A stretch of DNA of 64,000 bases from assembly GCA_031425655.1 (NCBI GenBank), contig JANPJS010000045.1:16305-80304 (forward strand), written 5' to 3'. Position 1 is the first letter of the stretch; every line of letters begins with the position of its first letter. A program made the position numbers and the translations under genes. Positions 59,000 to 64,000 of the stretch are shown piece by piece. The DNA is from Abditibacteriaceae bacterium (GTDB lineage: Bacteria > Armatimonadota > Abditibacteriia > Abditibacteriales > Abditibacteriaceae). The notes beneath the pieces are model-generated. The model ran no database searches and had not been told where the DNA came from. It saw nothing but the letters and a program-made list of their open reading frames with translations.

Positions 59000-59851
59000 T
59001 CAGGGCAGCAAACTGGGCCAGTCTACCTCTTCGATGCGCTTTCGCGGTAGATTTTGCCACTGCGCCGTGGCTTCGTCGGGGCCGTCTTCGGCGCCAAAAA
59101 CCGGCGACCAGCGCTTTTTAAAGAGAATGCCGTTTTTCGTAGTCACGTATTTGAAATTGATGTCGCCACTGCCCGCCGTCGTAGTGTGTTCGAAGTGAAA
59201 AAGCTCGACGGAAGGCAACGCCCACACTTGCGCGCCGGCTTCGCGGGCACGATAGCAAAAGTCCAAATCTTCGTATTGAACGGGCGAAAAAGCGTCATCC
59301 AGCACGCCGATAGCTTCAATTAAACGGCGCGGCATCAGCCAAGCCGCCGAAATCGCGCATTGAACTTCAAACGGCTCGCTCAATGCCTCGCGCGCCTGTC
59401 CGCGACCGATGTATTGCACGCGCCCGCCGCGCGAAATGCCGCAGCCGCAGCATTCGATGTCCAATGAATCCCACGGAAAAAGCAGTTTGGGCGCCACGAT
59501 GGCGCGCCGCTCGTCGGCGTCAAGAAATTCGCGCAATCGCTCCAGCCAGTCGCGTTGCGCGACCAGCGTGTCGTTATCCAAAAACGCTAAATAATCGCCG
59601 CCCGCGACTGCCATCGCTTCGTTTCGTCCGCGAATCGCGCCGATATTGGTGTCGAAATTCAAGCGTTTCACGCTGATTCCGGCCTCGCGCGCTTTGTCTT
59701 GCCATTCGTCCAGCACTTGCGGCGTGGCATCGCGCGAACCGTTGTCCACATTGATAACTTCCAAAGGCCGCGCCGACGAGCGCAACAACGATTCGAGACA
59801 CGCCCGCGAATATTCCGCTTTATCGTGATGAAGAATGATGATGGAAAACAT
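59000..59851 (-). CDS. Glycosyltransferase family 2
   Basis: VDNGSRD, FLDNDT, YEDLDFCYR. Confidence 0.9.
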   Translation of the reverse strand: MFSIIILHHDKAEYSRACLESLLRSSARPLEVINVDNGSRDATPQVLDEWQDKAREAGISVKRLNFDTNIGAIRGRNEAMAVAGGDYLAFLDNDTLVAQRDWLERLREFLDADERRAIVAPKLLFPWDSLDIECCGCGISRGGRVQYIGRGQAREALSEPFEVQCAISAAWLMPRRLIEAIGVLDDAFSPVQYEDLDFCYRAREAGAQVWALPSVELFHFEHTTTAGSGDINFKYVTTKNGILFKKRWSPVFGAEDGPDEATAQWQNLPRKRIEEVDWPSLLP

Positions 59852-59854
59852 AAA

Positions 59855-59931
59855 GAGTTTTGAGTTTTGAGTTTTGAGTCTTGAGTTGAGCGAATTTAAC
59901 TCAAAATTCAAAACTTAAAACTCAAAACTCT
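59855..59931. repeat. Heptamer-repeat hairpin (GTTTTGA/ACTCAAA)
   Basis: gagttttgagttttgagttttgagtcttgagtt..aactcaaaattcaaaacttaaaactcaaaactc. Confidence 0.85.
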
Positions 59932-59940
59932 TATAAAAGC

Positions 59941-59973
59941 AAACGCCGCGTTTTTGGGAAAAACGCGGCGTTT
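59941..59973 (-). terminator. Intrinsic terminator
   Basis: aaacgccgcgttttt..aaaaacgcggcgttt. Confidence 0.75.
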
Positions 59974-59998
59974 GGAAGTTGCGCGAAGGCAAGTCGGG

Positions 59999-60664
59999 TT
60001 ATTTTTTGTTCAGTGCGGCGCGGGCCTGCATCGCTTCGATAACGGCTTGCGGCAAAGGCCGATCTTTGGGCGGACGGCCACGGCGCACCGGCGCTTGCGG
60101 AACGCCTGCGGCCATGAGCGCGTGGTGCCACGAGCCGAAGTTTTCACGGCGCCGTGCCGCGCGATAAATGCCGGGGCAATGCTCTTCGATGTGCGCCCAG
60201 TTCAGCGATTGGCCGTTATCGGCCATGTTTTGAATGGTGTCTAAGATTTTGCGGCGCGTCCAGATGTGGCCTTCGCGCATAGTTTCGTGATCCAGGCCCG
60301 CCGCGTGAATCGCGCGACGCCACGATCCGAAATAACGGTGCGCGCAGGCCGCCAAATACAAATCGCGGTGCTTGATCTTGAATTTCGGATCGAGCAAATC
60401 TTCGCCGCGAGCATGGTGTTCCCGAACCTGGCGCACGATTTCATCGTGGCTCCAGCGCTGTTTCAAACGCTTGATGTTGTCATACGACAATCCCGCGGCT
60501 TCGATGGCGATGCGCCAACTTCCAAAATGGCTGCGCGACCGCGCCGAAGCGAACAGCGCGCTGTGCGTCTGCTGAATGGCGGTCGGCGATAAGTCCACGT
60601 TCTGCGCGTGCAGTTCGCGGATCGTCTGAATCAGCTTTTCAGTTGTCCACACTCTTTCTGGCAT
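59999..60664 (-). CDS. Protein with three homing-endonuclease-associated-like repeats and a C-terminal AT-hook
   Basis: 3x W(T/S)...FGSW..A(I/L).AAG(L/V); RRGRPPK. Confidence 0.8.
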   Translation of the reverse strand: MPERVWTTEKLIQTIRELHAQNVDLSPTAIQQTHSALFASARSRSHFGSWRIAIEAAGLSYDNIKRLKQRWSHDEIVRQVREHHARGEDLLDPKFKIKHRDLYLAACAHRYFGSWRRAIHAAGLDHETMREGHIWTRRKILDTIQNMADNGQSLNWAHIEEHCPGIYRAARRRENFGSWHHALMAAGVPQAPVRRGRPPKDRPLPQAVIEAMQARAALNKK

Positions 60665-60830
60665 AAGAGACCCCTTTAGCGTCATAAATTGAACATTATG
60701 ATTAAATATCGCGTTGCACTGCACTGTGTAGCGCGGCGTGACATTTGTGACATCACTAATGTCTATTATGACGCTATGCGATGATAATTGCGAGTGGTTG
60801 CCGCGTGTTTATTTTTTGTTCACTGACTGC

Positions 60831-61394
60831 TCAATCGGCAATCGGCTCGATGAGGCCGTAGCCGCCATCCTGCCGCTTGTAAACCACGCTGACCTGATTC
60901 GATTCGGCATCGCGGAACACGAAAAAGTTGTGTCCGAGCAAATCCATTTGCAAAACGGCTTCTTCGGGCGCCATCGGCTTGAGTGCGAACCGCTTGGTGC
61001 GAACCACGTCGTCGGGGCCGTTTTCGCCCGCGTCCTCGGATGTCGGCGCGCTTGTGCCGTTGTCCAAGCCCGGCTCGCCATTGTTTTCACGACGATTGCG
61101 GCGCGACAGTTCGCGGTCTTTGTGGCGTCGAAGCTGTTGTTCCAGCTTGTTGAGAGCGGTATCGAAGGCCGCGCGCAAATTGCTGGAGCGTTCTTCGCCG
61201 CGCGTAATCATGCCGCCGCTGATGAGAGTGATTTCCGTGACGTAGCGCCCGCGCACCTCGGTGATGCGAATTTGCGCCTCGTCCACTCTGGGCCACAATC
61301 GTTCGAGGCCGTCCACTTTGTCCGCGATGTGCTTGCGATGATCGTCGCTGACTTCGCAGTTAAACGCCTGAATGTTCACGTTGTTGACTGACAT
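60831..61394 (-). CDS. hpf: Ribosome hibernation promoting factor (long HPF)
   Basis: KLEQQLRRHK; VVRTKRFALKPMAPEEAVLQMDLLGHNFFVF..VVYKRQDGGYGLIEP. Confidence 0.95.
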   Translation of the reverse strand: MSVNNVNIQAFNCEVSDDHRKHIADKVDGLERLWPRVDEAQIRITEVRGRYVTEITLISGGMITRGEERSSNLRAAFDTALNKLEQQLRRHKDRELSRRNRRENNGEPGLDNGTSAPTSEDAGENGPDDVVRTKRFALKPMAPEEAVLQMDLLGHNFFVFRDAESNQVSVVYKRQDGGYGLIEPIAD

Positions 61395-61407
61395 AGTGTT
61401 CCTTTCG

Positions 61408-61489
61408 GAGAATTGAGAATTTGGAAGTTAGAATGGAGAATTGCGTCTCCATTTTCTTCATTCTCGATTCTCCATTCTAAATTCTATTC
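61408..61489. repeat. Heptamer-repeat hairpin (GAGAATT), overlapping the ispF stop
   Basis: gagaattgagaatttggaagttagaatggagaa..attctcgattctccattctaaattctattc. Confidence 0.75.
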
Positions 61490-61998
61490 AAGAGGCACAC
61501 GGCGTGCGCTTCCATGCCCAAGCCTTCGCCCAGAGCGCCCAAACCTTCGGCGGTTTTGCCGCGCACGTTGACTTGCTCGATTTGCGCCGAAATCGCACCG
61601 GCGATGCGTTCGCGCATTTGCGGCACAAAGGGCGCAATTTTCGGGCGTTGGGCGATGAGAACGGCGTCCACGTTGCCGATTTGCCAGCCGTTAAGCCGCG
61701 CTTTTTGGGCGATGGCCTGCAAAAGCTGCCAGCTATCGGCGTTTTGCCACTGCGCGTCGGTGTCGGGAAAAAGCTGGCCGATGTCGGGCAATCCCGCCGC
61801 GCCGCACAATGCGTCGCTGATGGCGTGCAGCAAAACGTCGGCGTCGGAGTGGCCTTGCAAGCCTTTTTCAAAGGGCACGCGCACGCCGCCCAAAATTAAA
61901 GGCCGCCCTTCCACCAAACGATGGCTGTCGTAGCCGATGCCGACGCGAAATGCGGGCCGCATCGGGTTGGATTCACCTTCGAGTTTAAGGTCGCTCAT
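61477..61998 (-). CDS. ispF: 2-C-methyl-D-erythritol 2,4-cyclodiphosphate synthase
   Basis: RVGIGYDSH, GHSDADVLLHAISDA, DIGQLFPD. Confidence 0.96.
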   Translation of the reverse strand: MSDLKLEGESNPMRPAFRVGIGYDSHRLVEGRPLILGGVRVPFEKGLQGHSDADVLLHAISDALCGAAGLPDIGQLFPDTDAQWQNADSWQLLQAIAQKARLNGWQIGNVDAVLIAQRPKIAPFVPQMRERIAGAISAQIEQVNVRGKTAEGLGALGEGLGMEAHAVCLLNRI

Positions 61999-62101
61999 CG
62001 CTGGTTGCTTGTGCCGTTTTTTGGTTCGCTACGGCACGTTTGGAAAGCGGGTAATTTGTCGCTCAGGTTATCACTTTGACACCGCGTTGTAAAGAAATCG
62101 G

Positions 62102-62716
62102 TCAGCGGTTTTTAACGGGCAATGCCAGCCGCCAGCGCAGTGCAATGAGGCGCAAACCGAGCGCCGCACTTACCGCGACGGCACTGGCGAGATCGGTTCC
62201 GACGGCGAAATAATGCAGCGCCAGAAAAACGCTGCCGCCGAGCAACGCCGCCGTCGCGTAAAGTTTGGTGTCGGGCCGGAAAACCAGCGGCACTTCGTTG
62301 CAGAGAATATCGCGGCCCACACCGCCGGCCACGCCGGTCATTACCGCCATGATGATCACCACCGGCACGCTCACGCCCGCCGCCAGCGCCTTTTGCGCGC
62401 CGATAACGGAAGCAACCGCCAAACCGACGGCATCGGCCACCAAAAGAACGCGCCGCGCGAAGTGTCCGTTTATCGAAACCGCGAAGCCAAGCGCACCGCC
62501 GAACAGCGCCATGTAAATGTAAAATGGGTCGGCGAACCAGAAAATCGGGCGCGGCGTGGCTGTGGAAAGCAATAAATCGCGCAGCGTGCCGCCTCCGAGT
62601 GCGGTAACCAGCGCCACCACCAGCACGCCGAATAAATCCATGCGCTTGCGCCCCGCTTCCAACGCGCCGCTGAACGCGAAAACCGCTACGCCGCCGATGT
62701 CAAGAAAATGGAGCAT
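62102..62716 (-). CDS. Trimeric intracellular cation channel family (YadS/UPF0126) membrane protein
   Basis: FAFSGA..MDLFG..GGGTLRD; DAVGL..GGVGRDIL. Confidence 0.92.
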   Translation of the reverse strand: MLHFLDIGGVAVFAFSGALEAGRKRMDLFGVLVVALVTALGGGTLRDLLLSTATPRPIFWFADPFYIYMALFGGALGFAVSINGHFARRVLLVADAVGLAVASVIGAQKALAAGVSVPVVIIMAVMTGVAGGVGRDILCNEVPLVFRPDTKLYATAALLGGSVFLALHYFAVGTDLASAVAVSAALGLRLIALRWRLALPVKNR

Positions 62717-62720
62717 GGTT

Positions 62721-62843
62721 CGGGATGCTGGATACTCGATGCTCGATGCTGGTTGTTAGATACTGGATGCTTGTTATGTGATGCTGATAAGCAACGCTTC
62801 TCGTTAGTCATCCAGCAATCATGCATTCAGCATCCAGTATCCA
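62721..62843. repeat. Heptamer-repeat hairpin (GATGCTG/CATCCAG)
   Basis: gatgctggatactcgatgctcgatgctgg..catccagcaatc..cagcatccagtatcc. Confidence 0.75.
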
Positions 62844-62864
62844 AACTTTGAGGAGAATGAGACG

Positions 62865-63968
62865 ATGAAATCCAAAGCCGCGATTTTTGAAGGCATCGGC
62901 AAACCGCTAATCGTTGACGAAATCGAAGTAGACGACCCCAAAGACGGCGAAGTCTTGGTGAAACTCGACGCGACGGGCCTGTGCCACACCGAGGTTTGGT
63001 ATATGAGCGGCGGCGATACGGTCACGCGCCATCCGCAAATTTTGGGACACGAAGGCTGCGGCATCGTGCAGAAAGTCGGCAAAGGCGTCACGGAATTGAA
63101 AGAAGGCGACCGCGTGGTGCCGCTTTATATTCCCGAATGCGGCCAGTGCCGCGAATGTCTGAGCGGCGTCACCAATTTATGCTCGGCGTTGGACGACGCC
63201 TATTTCGGCGGTTCGATGAACGACGGTAGCGTGCGCTTTCATCATCAGGGCCGCGATGTCAATCATTTCATGCTGACCAGCACGTTTTCGCAATACACCG
63301 TGATTCATCAGGAAGCTCTGGCCAAAATCCGCGACGACGCTCCGGCGGAAAAAGCCTGCCTTTTCGGTTGCGCCGTGACGACCGGCATCGGCGCCGCATT
63401 ATGGACGGCCAAAGTCACGCCGGGCAGCAAATGCGCGGTTTTCGGCTGCGGCCCGATTGGCCTGAACGCCATTCAAGGCTGCAAATTGGCCGGCGCCGAA
63501 ATGATTATCGCCGTTGATTTGAATCCGGCGCGCTTGGAGAAAGCGCAGCAATTCGGCGCTACGCATTTAATTAATCCCGAAGGCGGCAACGGCACGCAAG
63601 CCGTGAAAGAATTGACGGGCGGCGGCGCCGAATTCGTTTTCGAGGCGACAGGCAACGTCAACGTGATGCGGCAAGCGCTGGAATCCACCATTTACGGCGG
63701 CGGCAAATGCTGTTTAATCGGCGTGGCCAAAACCGGCGAAGTCGTCGAAGTCACGCCGCGTTTACTGATTGCCGGACGCCAGTTAATCGGCACCGCGTTT
63801 GGCGGCTGCCGGGGCAAAACCCAGCTTCCCGGCCTGATTGATCGCTACATGGACGGCGAAATTCTCGTGGATGAGCTGGTAACCGGCCTGATTCCTCTCG
63901 AAAAAATCAACGAAGCCTTCGAGCATATGCACACCGACAGCGGCTACCGTTACGTTGTGCAGTTTTGA
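62865..63968 (+). CDS. Zn-dependent class III alcohol/formaldehyde dehydrogenase family
   Basis: LCHT, LGHEGCG, CGQCREC..C, GCAVTTG, FGCGPIG; RBS GAGGAG. Confidence 0.9.
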   Translation: MKSKAAIFEGIGKPLIVDEIEVDDPKDGEVLVKLDATGLCHTEVWYMSGGDTVTRHPQILGHEGCGIVQKVGKGVTELKEGDRVVPLYIPECGQCRECLSGVTNLCSALDDAYFGGSMNDGSVRFHHQGRDVNHFMLTSTFSQYTVIHQEALAKIRDDAPAEKACLFGCAVTTGIGAALWTAKVTPGSKCAVFGCGPIGLNAIQGCKLAGAEMIIAVDLNPARLEKAQQFGATHLINPEGGNGTQAVKELTGGGAEFVFEATGNVNVMRQALESTIYGGGKCCLIGVAKTGEVVEVTPRLLIAGRQLIGTAFGGCRGKTQLPGLIDRYMDGEILVDELVTGLIPLEKINEAFEHMHTDSGYRYVVQF

Positions 63969-63972
63969 TTAA

Positions 63973-64000
63973 TTCACCGCAGAGAACGCAGAGGGCGCAG
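63973..64000. repeat. Left arm of a 9-mer-repeat element, cut by the window edge
   Basis: ttcaccgcagagaacgcagagggcgcag, same architecture as 38720 and 12896. Confidence 0.65.

Noticed and set aside
60737..60760. Possible CRP/FNR site (gtgacatttgtgacatcac)
   Set aside because: Half-site spacing does not fit TGTGA-N6-TCACA.

Overview
A GC-rich bacterial chromosomal window. Gene style suggests Armatimonadota/Abditibacteriota, but this is not certain. Housekeeping and metabolic genes include lipA, an AspC-type aminotransferase, citrate synthase, glgB, a PPi-dependent PEP carboxykinase, bioB, prfA, rpmE, hpf, ispF and a class III ADH. They are interleaved with secreted proteins and accessory genes. 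Four things stand out. (1) An operon at 11215-14582 pairs a Tes/GDGT-MAS-like radical SAM enzyme with an Lgt paralog and two zinc-ribbon membrane proteins carrying an internal lipobox-like Cys, which suggests a dedicated protein lipidation / lipid C-C chemistry system. (2) Downstream of prfA (43796-47590) is an integrase-less cassette array in which each cassette follows a diverged copy of the last ~21 codons of prfA. (3) A GxxExxY PD-(D/E)XK gene sits inside 40-bp terminal inverted repeats built from 8-9-mer repeats, and several gene-less hairpins share that architecture. (4) Five MITE-like elements with three types of ends and visible target duplications each wrap a REP-like palindrome; one splits an ADP-ribosyltransferase-like toxin gene. 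No rRNA, tRNA or CRISPR array was recognised.
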